Shown: positions 34,367 to 44,748 of the stretch, in pieces
Layout: each line of letters opens with the position of its first letter
How positions within the stretch are numbered: the first letter of the stretch is position 1
NCBI GenBank assembly: GCA_963674745.2
Contig: CAXXDV010000001.1
Span: 928,001-992,000, forward strand
Length of the DNA: 64,000 bases
From: Desulfosudaceae bacterium
Lineage (GTDB): Bacteria > Desulfobacterota > Desulfobacteria > Desulfobacterales > Desulfosudaceae
Reading direction: 5' to 3'
Made by a program: the position numbers and the translations under genes
Notes under the pieces: generated by a model
What the model was told of the DNA's origin: nothing
Database searches by the model: none
The model's input: only the letters and a program-made list of their open reading frames with translations

Positions 34367-36877
34367 ATGTTTTCTTTTAAAACCAGAAACACCCCCGACA
34401 CCGAAGTCTGGTGGCTGCCCCTGGGTCCGGAATCTTCGCCTGACCAATCCCTTCTGGGCGGCAAAGGCGCCAACCTGGTCCGGCTTGTTCGGGCGGGCTT
34501 TGAGGTGCCGCCCGGCGCGGTACTGACGACCGAGCTGTTTCGTGATTTTTATTTTCTGGAAGAGGCCGCCATTCAACGGATTATTGACCGGGTCGTAGAG
34601 GACCAGTCCCGGCCGGACAGGTTATGGGCGGTGCGGTCTTCGGCAGCAGACGAAGACGGCCTGCAGGCGTCCTTTGCCGGCCAGTATGACACCTTCCTGA
34701 ACGTGCCCGATTCAAACCTGCTGAATTGCGTGAAAAAATGCCGGGATTCCGTTTTTTCTTCTCACGCGGAAAGATACCGGTCGGAACTGGCGCCCGGCCA
34801 GAGCCCGTCAATGGCCGTGGTCCTGCAGACAATGGTCCCGGCCCGATGCGCGGGCGTTCTGTTTACGCGGCACCCGGTCCGGCCGGACGTGGACCGCATT
34901 GTTGTCGAGGGGGTGCCCGGTCTGGGGGAAGACCTGGTATCCGGACGCCGCAACCCGGATCACCTGGAATTGTCCCGCAACGGTCAGCGCCTTCTGGAAG
35001 CGTCCGTCGACGGAACGAACTGTCTGGACCAGGTGGGGGATGAAGCGTTTGCCAGACTGGCCCGGGAACTGGAAAAAACGTTCGGCAAACCCCAGGACGC
35101 GGAATGGGCTTTTGACGGCGAAACCCTGTGGGTGCTTCAGACCCGACCCATTACCACCCTCAAGCGCCCGGCCAAAGTCTGGACCCGGGCCTGGGGGGAT
35201 GAGTTCTGGGCCGAAGCCACCACCGAACTGCAATATACCCGGTTAGGCCGCTGGATCAGCGAAGATTACATGGCCGACCTGGCCAGGATCAACCGGTGGC
35301 ATTTTGTCAAAGACATAACGCCGTTTGCCAGAATTCACAGCCATGTTTATTTTAACGCCGAATACATGTACCGGCTGATCCCCCTGCTGCCGCCGGCCCT
35401 GCGTATCGAGCGCATGTTCGGATGGCTGCCCCCCTACTGGCGGGCGGAACTGCCAACCATAAAATTCCGCCCTTTTACGCTTTTGGGCAACATGATCCGG
35501 TCGCGCCTGGCAGACAAAAACGCCGACCTGTTTTCTCACTATAAAAAGCTACCTGAATATGGCCGGCAGGTTGAGCAGAAACTGGCCGCAGGGCTGGGGG
35601 ATGACCTAAGCAAATTGGATGACCGGGCCTTGTGGGCCAGGTTGGAAGCAGATGACGAAATGGGGCGGGCGCATTTTCGTTTTATCCGCTGGGGACTGGC
35701 CTCCCATTTGATGCCGACCAAGCTTGTCTGTGCCTGGATCACGGAAAACTGGACCACTTATGATGCTTTTTTTGATCCTGAAGGTCATTTCCTGGAGATG
35801 CTGCTGATCGATCCGGCCGGCAACACCACCCTTCAGGTCAACCGGGAACTCAGGCGGCTCGGCCGGGAGGCGGCCCAAATTCCGGCCCTGATGGATCTGG
35901 CCGAAAAGGGGAACGGCCCGCCCACGCTCGAAGCGATCCGGGACCTGCCCGGGGCGGCTGACTTTGCCCGCAAGTTGAACGCCTTTATCACCACCCACGG
36001 TCATCGCGGCAGTTCCCGGGAACTGCATCTGCCGCGCTGGATGGACGACCCCGGCCTGGTTATCGCGCCGATCCTGGCCTTTGCGACCGCAGGCAAACAG
36101 GCCGGGGAAAGAGAAAAGGGGCCTGACAATGCCTTTGAGCGACGCTGGCTGAAAGAAATCAGTCAGAATGCCGGAGGATGGTGGAAAAAACGGATCGCGA
36201 AAAAAGCCCTCACGCTGGCCCGGGCTTATACCCAGTACCGGGAAAACCAGCGATATGTTCTGGACTACATTTTAACCGATATGCGCCATGTTCTGCTTGA
36301 AATCGGCGCCCGGCTGACCGGCAGGGGGCTTCTGCAGCAGGCCGACGACATCTTTTTTCTGTATGATGCGGAATTAAAAAACATCCAACAGGAAAACGCG
36401 CCGCCGCCGGAGGGACTGCAACGGCGTCGGGCCCGTTTCGAAGCAGATGCCGGAACGCTTCCACCGGAATGGATCATAGACGACCAGCCCTACCCGACAC
36501 CCGGGGACAAGGGTCTCGCCGGAACCGACACCCTTTTGGGAACCGGCGCATCTCCGGGCATCGTTACCGGCCGGGCCCGGGTCATCCTGACCGTGGAAGA
36601 GCTGAAGTCGGTCCGGCCGGGTGATATCCTGGTAGCGCCCAATACGGATTCCGGCTGGACACCGGTATTCGGGCTGATTTCCGGCCTGGTGGTTCAGACC
36701 GGGGGCATGCTTTCCCACGCAGCCATCGTTGCCAGGGAATACGGCATCCCGGCCGTGACCGGCGTGGTTGATGCCTGCGCGCTGATAACGACGGGACAGG
36801 CCACGGAAGTCAACGGTGATAACGGACGGGTGAAGATGCTGGAAGCAGTGAAATCAAGGAACATAGACAGAGATTGA
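34367..36877 (+). CDS. PEP-synthase-like dikinase with rifampin phosphotransferase-type architecture
   Basis: GGKGA, VRSSA..ED...SFAGQY, LQTRPIT, central helical domain, C-terminal GGMLSHAAIVAREYG. Confidence 0.88.
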   Translation: MFSFKTRNTPDTEVWWLPLGPESSPDQSLLGGKGANLVRLVRAGFEVPPGAVLTTELFRDFYFLEEAAIQRIIDRVVEDQSRPDRLWAVRSSAADEDGLQASFAGQYDTFLNVPDSNLLNCVKKCRDSVFSSHAERYRSELAPGQSPSMAVVLQTMVPARCAGVLFTRHPVRPDVDRIVVEGVPGLGEDLVSGRRNPDHLELSRNGQRLLEASVDGTNCLDQVGDEAFARLARELEKTFGKPQDAEWAFDGETLWVLQTRPITTLKRPAKVWTRAWGDEFWAEATTELQYTRLGRWISEDYMADLARINRWHFVKDITPFARIHSHVYFNAEYMYRLIPLLPPALRIERMFGWLPPYWRAELPTIKFRPFTLLGNMIRSRLADKNADLFSHYKKLPEYGRQVEQKLAAGLGDDLSKLDDRALWARLEADDEMGRAHFRFIRWGLASHLMPTKLVCAWITENWTTYDAFFDPEGHFLEMLLIDPAGNTTLQVNRELRRLGREAAQIPALMDLAEKGNGPPTLEAIRDLPGAADFARKLNAFITTHGHRGSSRELHLPRWMDDPGLVIAPILAFATAGKQAGEREKGPDNAFERRWLKEISQNAGGWWKKRIAKKALTLARAYTQYRENQRYVLDYILTDMRHVLLEIGARLTGRGLLQQADDIFFLYDAELKNIQQENAPPPEGLQRRRARFEADAGTLPPEWIIDDQPYPTPGDKGLAGTDTLLGTGASPGIVTGRARVILTVEELKSVRPGDILVAPNTDSGWTPVFGLISGLVVQTGGMLSHAAIVAREYGIPAVTGVVDACALITTGQATEVNGDNGRVKMLEAVKSRNIDRD

Positions 36878-36948
36878 AAGCACCGGCCGGGTGTGATATT
36901 TTAATGTCGGCTCTGGTAATCAATGCTGCGGACGATAATGGGGGGATT

Positions 36949-37779
36949 ATGTTATCAAAAATATTAGCGTCCTTCTCGACCCCTGAAAAAGACACCGACA
37001 ACGACGCCTGGTGGCTGCCGCTTGATCCGGAAACACCTTTGGACACATCTGTTCTGGGTGATAAGGGCGCCGGGCTGGTCCGGCTGATGCAGGCGGGCTT
37101 TAACGTGCCGGCCGGCGTGATCATGACGACCCGGTTTCTCCATGATTTCTTTTTTCTGGAAGAGCCCGAGGTCAGGCGCATGTTCGACGACACCATAACA
37201 ACACCTGCCCGGTCGGATGTATTATGGGCGGTCCGCTGCTCGGTGGCGGATGGGGAAAAAACCCGGGCATCTCTTGTCGACCGGCTGGGAACCGTCCTGA
37301 ACGTCCCTTCCGCGGAACTGTTTGATTGTGTTAAACATTGCTGGGCCTCGGTTTACGCACAACCCGGCCGGATTTATCAGACGGTTCCGGAAAACGGATC
37401 CAGGCCGTTTCTGGCGATAATTCTCCAGCAGATGATAGCGATGCAAAGCGCAGGGGTTTTATGTATGGGCGATCCGTCAAACTCAGACGGCGACAGCATC
37501 CTCATTAAGGGCGTAGCCGGATTAAATAAAGACTTGAGAGGCGGCTTGTGCAAACCGGATTGCCTACGCCTGTCCCGGGAGGGAGACCGGCTTTCAACGG
37601 AAACCGTCGACACGGTTAACTGCCTGGACCGGATCGGTGATGCGGTTTTTGTGCAGTTGGCCCGCGACCTGACGCAGACCTTCGGAGCGCCCCAGGACGT
37701 GGATTGGGTTTATGACGGCCGGACCCTGTGGGTGCTGGAAAGCCGGCCGTCAACCGCATGGCCGGCGCCTACCCCCTGA
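36949..37779 (+). CDS. stand-alone degenerate PEP/pyruvate-binding (ATP-grasp) domain
   Basis: Collinear with the first ~265 aa of the upstream protein but with motif substitutions. Confidence 0.8.
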   Translation: MLSKILASFSTPEKDTDNDAWWLPLDPETPLDTSVLGDKGAGLVRLMQAGFNVPAGVIMTTRFLHDFFFLEEPEVRRMFDDTITTPARSDVLWAVRCSVADGEKTRASLVDRLGTVLNVPSAELFDCVKHCWASVYAQPGRIYQTVPENGSRPFLAIILQQMIAMQSAGVLCMGDPSNSDGDSILIKGVAGLNKDLRGGLCKPDCLRLSREGDRLSTETVDTVNCLDRIGDAVFVQLARDLTQTFGAPQDVDWVYDGRTLWVLESRPSTAWPAPTP

Positions 37780-37797
37780 CAGGAGGACGACACAGAC

Positions 37798-38304
37798 ATG
37801 GCGCCGAAAAAAATCGTGGTCAATGATCTGATGCAGCAAAATTATGTGTATGACCTGACGGAACCGGCCGGACGGAATTTCGCGCCGGCGTTCACTCCGG
37901 ATTTGACACCGCGGCAGATGCTGGAAATGGGGGTGTTCGGCGGTAAATACATGACCGACTGCACAGACGAATTTCCCAAAACCTGGTTTGCCCGGGCCCG
38001 GCTGTGCCCGGAGCGGCATGACCCGGCCATGAACTTTTTCGGTGTCAATGCCTCCCAGCCGTTGTCGGTATGGCGGGAAAAAGGCTGGCTTTATCATGAC
38101 GATCCCCGGGGATGGTTTCAGTGGTACTGCCGTTATTACCGGGGGCGCCGCTGCCCGGATGACGCCCGGCAGATCAAACGCTGGAAAGCCATGGCCCGGC
38201 ATATCGCCCAGATCAAAAAGCACTGCCGGCCCGGCGATATCCGGTGCCGGCCGAAGCAGCGGCAGGCCCTGCTGAACTGGGCCTTTGACAGCCGGCTGAT
38301 GTAG
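37798..38304 (+). CDS. conserved hypothetical protein
   Basis: AGGAGG RBS; GVFGGKY, DPRGWFQWYCRY and RQALLNWA. Confidence 0.85.
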   Translation: MAPKKIVVNDLMQQNYVYDLTEPAGRNFAPAFTPDLTPRQMLEMGVFGGKYMTDCTDEFPKTWFARARLCPERHDPAMNFFGVNASQPLSVWREKGWLYHDDPRGWFQWYCRYYRGRRCPDDARQIKRWKAMARHIAQIKKHCRPGDIRCRPKQRQALLNWAFDSRLM

Positions 38305-38412
38305 ACAATTATAATGGAATCAAACCGGGTAAAATTTTCCGGTTGACCGAAGCCTTTACTTTATCAGAACATATCATTTATTGCGCAATCTCAACCCTTT
38401 AAAGGCAACGCT

Positions 38413-38832
38413 ATGCGGGACGACATTAAAACCCTTATTCAAAACAGGCGGCATTGCGTCCTGGCCACGATTGCCGGTGACGCCCCTTACTGTTCTTTAA
38501 TGGCCTATACGACCAATACGGAATGCAACCTTTTCTTCATGGCAACCCATCGCAACACCAGAAAATTCAGGAACATTACCGACAACCCCCGGGTCAGCCT
38601 GCTGATCGATTCCCGGGAGATACGGACGCCGCAGGCCCTGACGATTGAGGGTACAGGCACGGAGATCAAAGCGGAAAAGGACAGAAAAGCAGCAACCGAT
38701 CTATTGCTGGCCGACCACCCTTCTCTGATCGACTTTATCCGTCATCCGGAAGCGGTGTTGATCTGCGTTACAGCTCAAAGTGCGGTTTTTTTAAACGGCC
38801 TGACCGACGCGTATTACGAAACGCTTGCCTGA
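38413..38832 (+). CDS. pyridoxamine 5'-phosphate oxidase family protein
   Basis: CVLAT...PYCSLM...TRKFRNI..NPRVSLLID. Confidence 0.88.
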   Translation: MRDDIKTLIQNRRHCVLATIAGDAPYCSLMAYTTNTECNLFFMATHRNTRKFRNITDNPRVSLLIDSREIRTPQALTIEGTGTEIKAEKDRKAATDLLLADHPSLIDFIRHPEAVLICVTAQSAVFLNGLTDAYYETLA

Positions 38833-38873
38833 TTTTGGATTCGAATGATTGATTCGCAAATCGGAGAAAAGCC

Positions 38874-39863
38874 ATGCCCTCACAAACGCCTGAAAAAATA
38901 CTGCTGACCGGCGCCTCCGGGTTTATCGGTCAGCGCCTGCTCTACAAGCTGGATGAACGGGGATACAGCGTCCGGTGCCTGACACGTAAACCCGCCGCCA
39001 TGCGCTTTTCCCGGCCGCTGAAACATGAGCCCCAAATCGTTTACGGCGACCTGCTGGATCCCGCCTCACTGGAAAAAGCCCTCGACGGTATTGATACGGC
39101 CTACTACCTGGTTCACTCCATGGGTGGACGCAGTCTCAAAGAAATGCGCAGTTTTGAGGAGCGGGACCGGATGGCGGCCGCCAATTTCGTGCAGGCCGCG
39201 GACCGGGTCGGCCTGCCCCGCCTGATTTATCTCGGGGGGCTGGGAGATGTTTCGACAACTTTATCACCGCATCTGGCCAGCCGGCAGGAAGTGGGCCGGA
39301 TCCTGGCCTCGGGGCGGGTCAGCGCCACCATACTGCGGGCGGCGGTTATTATCGGCGCCGGCGGAGCGGGGTTTGAAATGATCCGCTACCTGGTGGAACG
39401 ACTGCCGGTCATGCTGGGGCCCAAATGGGTCTATACCGAATCCCAGCCCATTGCCATTGAGAACGTGCTTGATTACCTGACCGGCTGCCTGACCAAACCG
39501 GAGACATCCGGGCAGACACTGGATATCGGCGGCCCCGACGTGCTGAGTTACGTCGACCTGATGCGCATGTACGCCCGGGTCCGGGGATTACGACGATATA
39601 TTGTAGGGGTGCCCTTTTTTTATACCCTGCTGTCCGCCTACTGGGTGGCCCTGATCACACCGGTTCCGGCCGGTATCGTGCTGCCCCTGGGTGAAGGTCT
39701 TAAATCACCGGCCCTGTGCCGGGAGGACCGGATCACCCGGATGATTCCCCTGGACCTGATTCCCATGGAACAGGCCATATGTAACGCCCTGGCCGAAGAA
39801 GAAGAGGGCCCCGGCCGGTTGCTGTCCCAGCAGGCCTGTTTTCTTTCTGAAAAAACCGGTTAA
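38874..39863 (+). CDS. atypical SDR / NAD(P)-binding protein (YbjT-like)
   Basis: TGASGFIG, AYYLVHSM, IYLGGL and HLASRQEV. Confidence 0.88.
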   Translation: MPSQTPEKILLTGASGFIGQRLLYKLDERGYSVRCLTRKPAAMRFSRPLKHEPQIVYGDLLDPASLEKALDGIDTAYYLVHSMGGRSLKEMRSFEERDRMAAANFVQAADRVGLPRLIYLGGLGDVSTTLSPHLASRQEVGRILASGRVSATILRAAVIIGAGGAGFEMIRYLVERLPVMLGPKWVYTESQPIAIENVLDYLTGCLTKPETSGQTLDIGGPDVLSYVDLMRMYARVRGLRRYIVGVPFFYTLLSAYWVALITPVPAGIVLPLGEGLKSPALCREDRITRMIPLDLIPMEQAICNALAEEEEGPGRLLSQQACFLSEKTG

Positions 39864-39883
39864 AACAAATAAAGGAGGTTGCC

Positions 39884-40066
39884 ATGTCCGCTGCTCAAAA
39901 CGAAAAGTTCGTCCGCGTTAAAGACCCCCAGGGAAACGAATTTCTTTGTCCGCTTTCAGCACTCAAGGACGTCCGGGAAGCGTCCGATGAAGAACTGGAC
40001 AATTGCGTGGATGACGGCACCGCGGGTCGTTATGCCGGCAACATCGACGTCGTGGACCCTGAATAA
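39884..40066 (+). CDS. small acidic hypothetical protein
   Basis: Strong AAGGAGG RBS; sits in the co-directional gene run. Confidence 0.75.
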   Translation: MSAAQNEKFVRVKDPQGNEFLCPLSALKDVREASDEELDNCVDDGTAGRYAGNIDVVDPE

Positions 40067-40084
40067 CAACATGCGGCCGTCATC

Positions 40085-40534
40085 GTGATTATCCGTGAGG
40101 AAATCTTTATCGCAGCTTCTCCCGAAACCGTCTGGGGGGTGTTTGCCGACATCGACAACTGGTACCGGTGGAATCCGGTCTGCCGCGAATGCCGGCTGGA
40201 ATCCGGGCCGTCCATGGAAACGGGGGCATGCCTTTCGTTTCAGCTCAACCCCGTGTTTTTCCCGGTTCGTATCAGCACGGTCATAAAAGAGTGTCAACCG
40301 GGCCGGAAGGTGGTCTGGATCGGGTCGAAATGGGGATTACACGCGGAACACACGTTTTTGTTCAAGCCGGAAAACGGCGGAACGCGACTGGAAAGCATCG
40401 AACGGTTTTCCGGCTGGGTATTGCCGCCCCTGAGACTGGCCGGTATCCCCCGGCGACTGCACCAACTGACCCGGGAGCTGCTGGCAACCATTAGAACAAG
40501 GACCGAAGATCCATCGACGCCAGAAAACAATTGA
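40085..40534 (+). CDS. SRPBCC family protein
   Basis: IAASPETVW...DIDNWYRWNP and GGTRLESIERFSG. Confidence 0.85.
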   Translation: MIIREEIFIAASPETVWGVFADIDNWYRWNPVCRECRLESGPSMETGACLSFQLNPVFFPVRISTVIKECQPGRKVVWIGSKWGLHAEHTFLFKPENGGTRLESIERFSGWVLPPLRLAGIPRRLHQLTRELLATIRTRTEDPSTPENN

Positions 40535-40597
40535 CTTAAATCACAGGTTTATTAAATTGAACCGTATACCGTAAATATTTTTTAAAGGGGGGCCACC

Positions 40598-41854
40598 ATG
40601 AAAATCGCTGTGGTGGGAGGGGGCATTTCCGGGATCCTGACGGCTTATTTGCTGCAGCAGAAGCACGAGGTCGTTCTTTTTGAAAAAAACGAATACACCG
40701 GGGGACACACCAATACGATTGTGATCCCCTCGGGTCCGGATGAAGGGCTGCCTGTAGACACCGGCTTTATCGTGTTTAACGAAAAGACATACCCGGTGTT
40801 TATCCGTTTTTTAAGCAGACTGGGGGTCGATTTTCACAAGACCGACATGTCCTTCAGCTATTACTGCGAGGGCACCGGCCAGACCTTTGCCAGCCGCAAC
40901 CTCAACACCCTGTTCGCCCGGCGCAGCAATTTGCTGAGACCGGGTTACTGGCTGTTTGTAAAAGGAATGGTCCGTTTTTTAAAAACCATTCGCACGGATT
41001 ACCTGTCAGGCCGGCTTCCGGATATAACTCTCGAGGCCTATTTAAAACAGAACGGCTTTTCCGACAATATCATGAACTGGTTCGTCATTCCCATGGCGGC
41101 CGCCATCTGGTCGGCTTCGGACGCCCAGATCCTGGGTTTTCCGGTCCGGTCGTTCGCCCAGTTCTATGAAAATCACGGCCTGCTGGCGGTTCGCAATCAT
41201 CCCGCCTGGTATTTTGTGGCCGGCGGCAGTCACACATACGTCAAGGCTTTTCTGGAAAGCTTCACGGGCAAGGTAAAAAACCACCGCCCTGTTGAACAGA
41301 TCAAACGGAATGAGCAAGGCGTGACGCTCACGCTGGGTGATGGCGAGAAACTTGATTTTGACAAAGTGGTGGTGGCCACCCATGCGAATGAAGCCCTGGC
41401 CCTTCTGGCGGACCCCACACCCGATGAAACCCGGCTGCTGTCGGCCTGGCGGTATTCACAAAATTATACCGTGCTGCATACGGATGTCTCCCTGATGCCG
41501 CCCAACCGGGTTGCCTGGGCCTCGTGGAACTATCTGCGCGAGACTGAAGAAGGCAGCCACCGCCCCATCACCGTTACGTATCACATGAACCGGCTGCAAA
41601 AGCTGAAAACAAACACCGACTATTTCGTGACCCTCAACCCGGTCCGGCCGATTCCCAAACAATATACCATCACGACCATCGATTATACCCACCCCATCTA
41701 TGATGAGGCCGCCTTTGCCACCCAGGCCGCGCTGGACACCTTAAACGACCGGCGTCACACTTTTTTCTGCGGCAGCTATTTCGGATACGGATTTCATGAA
41801 GACGGTGCCAGGTCTGCTGTGAATGTGGGCCGGTATTTTGATGTGACCTTATGA
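40598..41854 (+). CDS. FAD-dependent oxidoreductase (amine oxidase / UfaD-like)
   Basis: GGGISG, GGHTNT, VDTGFIVFN, WASWNY and GFHEDG. Confidence 0.9.
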   Translation: MKIAVVGGGISGILTAYLLQQKHEVVLFEKNEYTGGHTNTIVIPSGPDEGLPVDTGFIVFNEKTYPVFIRFLSRLGVDFHKTDMSFSYYCEGTGQTFASRNLNTLFARRSNLLRPGYWLFVKGMVRFLKTIRTDYLSGRLPDITLEAYLKQNGFSDNIMNWFVIPMAAAIWSASDAQILGFPVRSFAQFYENHGLLAVRNHPAWYFVAGGSHTYVKAFLESFTGKVKNHRPVEQIKRNEQGVTLTLGDGEKLDFDKVVVATHANEALALLADPTPDETRLLSAWRYSQNYTVLHTDVSLMPPNRVAWASWNYLRETEEGSHRPITVTYHMNRLQKLKTNTDYFVTLNPVRPIPKQYTITTIDYTHPIYDEAAFATQAALDTLNDRRHTFFCGSYFGYGFHEDGARSAVNVGRYFDVTL

Positions 41855-43815
41855 ACTCAAAAATTTTTAAAGGATATATCGAGCATACCCGTTATTCGCC
41901 CCGGCATCACCGGCTGAGATACCCGCTTTATGTTTACGGCCTGGACCTGGATGAATTGCCGGATCTGGACCGGCGCCTGCCCCTGTTCGGATACAACCGC
42001 CTGCGGCCGTCTGCCATTTATGACCGGGATTACGGCTATCCCGGCGACGGCTCCATCAAGCAGAAACTGCAGTCCCTGCTGGAAAAACAAGGTATTGTGG
42101 GAACGCTTGAACGGGTCATGCTGATCACCTCGGCCCGGTATTTCAACTATGTTTTCAATCCCGTCAACTTTTACTATTGTTATGGTACCGGCGGCGAAAC
42201 TGTGGCGATCGTGGCCGAAGTCAACAACACCTTCGGCGAACGTCATCTGTACGTGCTCGATATGCCGCGATCCGAGACAGAGGGGTATCTGCTCAGCTAT
42301 GAGGCCGAAAAAGCCTTTCATGTATCGCCTTTTAACAACCTGGAGGGAACCTACCGCTTTTATTTTTCATCCCTGGAAACCGGGCTGGACATCAAAATCG
42401 ACCTGATTCGCGATGGCGAGCGGGTATTCGACGCCCAGCTGGTGGCCAAAGCCGTTGCCCTGACGCCCTGGTCCCACGCCCGCACCCTGCTGACCCACCC
42501 GGTGGTACCGCACCTGAGCGTTCCCCGGATTTACTGGCAGGCCTTTCGCCTTTCCTTTCAGAAAAAACTGACCTACCACCAGAAGCCCGTGCCCAAAAGC
42601 GCCATGACGATTCCCAGCACCAAACCATTTCTGCTGCAAACCATCTGTCAGCGAATCGTTATGTCGGTGCTGAATAAAATCAGCCAGGGACAACTGCAAA
42701 TGTCCCTGCCCGACGGCCGTAAACGTACTCTCGGTAAGGAAGACGCAAAGCCGAAGGGTTTTCTTGACGTCCGGGATTATCATTTTTTTCCCCGGCTGGT
42801 GTTCCATGGTGATATCGGTTTGGGCGAAGCATACATGGACGGCGACTGGGACAGCCCCGACCTGGTGGACCTGTTTACGGTGCTGATCCAAAACCGCTCG
42901 GCCATCAGCGACGGCAACTGGCTGACCGCCCTGCCCCTGCTGATAAAAGAACGCCTTTCCCATATCGCCCGCAAAAACTCACTTACTGGCAGTCGCAAAA
43001 ACATCTACCAGCACTATGACCTGGGCAACGACTTTTACGCCCTGTTTTTAGACGACAGCATGACCTATTCCTGTGCCCTGTTCCAGTCCCCGGAAGACAG
43101 CCTTGAAACCGCCCAGCAACGCAAATTAGACCGTATCATCGAAAAAGCGGACATCGGCCGCGACGATCATGTGCTGGAAATCGGCTGCGGCTGGGGTGGA
43201 TTTGCCATGGAAGCCGTTCGGCAGACCGGCTGCCGGGTGACCGGCATCACCATCTCACAGGCCCAGCACGACCTGGCCGTCGAACGCGTTCGGCAGGCCG
43301 GGCTGGCGGATCGGATCGATATCCAGCTGAAAGACTATCGCCATCTTACGGGCTCCTTTGACCGGATTGTTTCCATTGAAATGCTCGAGGCGGTGGGGGA
43401 AAAATATATGCCCGGTTTTTTCCAGGCCTGCGACCGCCTGTTAAAAAAAGGGGGGCGGGTGGTCATCCAGACCATCACCATCCCGGACCAGCGTTACCGT
43501 GTTTACAGCCGCCAGCGGGACTGGATTCAAAAGCATATTTTCCCGGGCGGGCACCTGCCGTCGTTAACGCTGATCAGCAACATTCTGACCCGAAAGACCG
43601 GGTTTATCGTCGATCACCTTGAAAACGTCGGCCCCCATTACGCCACCACCCTCAACCACTGGCGAAACCGCTTTACAAAAAACGAAGCCCATGTCCGCGC
43701 CCTGGGGTTTGATACCGTTTTTATCCGTAAATGGATTTACTACCTGGCCGTGTGCGAAGCCGGTTTTGCCAACCGCGCCCTGGGTGATCTGCAGCTGGTG
43801 CTGGTGCGGGAATAA
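41851..43815 (+). CDS. DUF1365 - cyclopropane-fatty-acyl-phospholipid synthase fusion
   Basis: FNPVNFYY, EVNNTFGERH and KAFHVSPF, then HYDLGNDFY, MTYSC and LEIGCGWG in one frame. Confidence 0.9.
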   Translation: MNSKIFKGYIEHTRYSPRHHRLRYPLYVYGLDLDELPDLDRRLPLFGYNRLRPSAIYDRDYGYPGDGSIKQKLQSLLEKQGIVGTLERVMLITSARYFNYVFNPVNFYYCYGTGGETVAIVAEVNNTFGERHLYVLDMPRSETEGYLLSYEAEKAFHVSPFNNLEGTYRFYFSSLETGLDIKIDLIRDGERVFDAQLVAKAVALTPWSHARTLLTHPVVPHLSVPRIYWQAFRLSFQKKLTYHQKPVPKSAMTIPSTKPFLLQTICQRIVMSVLNKISQGQLQMSLPDGRKRTLGKEDAKPKGFLDVRDYHFFPRLVFHGDIGLGEAYMDGDWDSPDLVDLFTVLIQNRSAISDGNWLTALPLLIKERLSHIARKNSLTGSRKNIYQHYDLGNDFYALFLDDSMTYSCALFQSPEDSLETAQQRKLDRIIEKADIGRDDHVLEIGCGWGGFAMEAVRQTGCRVTGITISQAQHDLAVERVRQAGLADRIDIQLKDYRHLTGSFDRIVSIEMLEAVGEKYMPGFFQACDRLLKKGGRVVIQTITIPDQRYRVYSRQRDWIQKHIFPGGHLPSLTLISNILTRKTGFIVDHLENVGPHYATTLNHWRNRFTKNEAHVRALGFDTVFIRKWIYYLAVCEAGFANRALGDLQLVLVRE

Positions 43816-43851
43816 TGGCGTCGTTACGTTTTCTTAATTCAAGGAAAACCC

Positions 43852-44748
43852 TTATTTCGCTTCCAGGTCTTTCTTGAGTTTTAACACCGCCAGCTCTTTG
43901 GCTTTTGCCTCCACCTCGACGGTCAAATCCATGGAAAGCCAGTTTTCAGGCATGTCCTTAACATCGATATAGTCATGATGCTTGCGGATATCAGTCGCCC
44001 GCCAGCCGTTTTTCGGGGAAGAGATATGAAACAGCGGCTCCCGGTCCCATGTTTCAGCCGCCAGCCGGGTCGCTTCTTCCACGCTTAAATCATCCGGCAG
44101 ACAGCGATGGTGGTGGACATCGTAAACCAGGGGGACGGCCAAATCCGCGCATACTGGCAGAAGATCCCGGGGGGAGTAACTGACATCATCATTTTCCAGG
44201 GTCAGTCGCTTTCTGACCCGTGCGGCCAGTTTTCGAATATTTTTTCTGAGGCGGTCCAGGGCGGCGGGTTTATCGCCGTAAACGCCGCCGGCATGGATAT
44301 TAATCACATCAGCGCCGATCCACTGGGCCACTTCGGCCTGGTAATTAAGATCGGCCACCGAGCGTTTGACCACCTCCGGGCCGGGTGACGATAACACAAT
44401 GAATTGATCCGGGTGAAAGGTTGTCCGGATATGGTGATTTTTAGCGAAGGTTTTGCAGGCTTTGAAGGTTTTGATGATCCGGTCCCCGTCGGGCAGGTCG
44501 GAAACGTCGTAGCCCACATCCGGATGCGTCTTTAACGGCAGGATCTGGCTGTTGACCCGGAAATCTCCGATGCCGTTTTCATGACAGAAGGCCAGGGCCT
44601 GGTTCAGGCTTTCCGCATTGGCCAGGCATATTTCCGACAGACGCCGGCGCTGTTCGTCAACCGCAAAACCCGACAAATACCTGGCGGTAGTCCGGCGGAA
44701 CCGGATGGGCTCGGCCTTGAATATGCAGCACAGACCGAGTCGGATCAT
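43852..44748 (-). CDS. uvsE: UV DNA damage endonuclease
   Basis: HPDQF, IHAGG.YGDK, LENDD, DVHHH and VEAKAKE. Confidence 0.95.
   Translation of the reverse strand: MIRLGLCCIFKAEPIRFRRTTARYLSGFAVDEQRRRLSEICLANAESLNQALAFCHENGIGDFRVNSQILPLKTHPDVGYDVSDLPDGDRIIKTFKACKTFAKNHHIRTTFHPDQFIVLSSPGPEVVKRSVADLNYQAEVAQWIGADVINIHAGGVYGDKPAALDRLRKNIRKLAARVRKRLTLENDDVSYSPRDLLPVCADLAVPLVYDVHHHRCLPDDLSVEEATRLAAETWDREPLFHISSPKNGWRATDIRKHHDYIDVKDMPENWLSMDLTVEVEAKAKELAVLKLKKDLEAK

Noticed and set aside
34367..36877. Call as ppsA or as a true rifampin-resistance gene (rph)
   Set aside because: It lacks the C-terminal PEP/pyruvate TIM barrel of PpsA, and architecture alone does not establish rifamycin specificity
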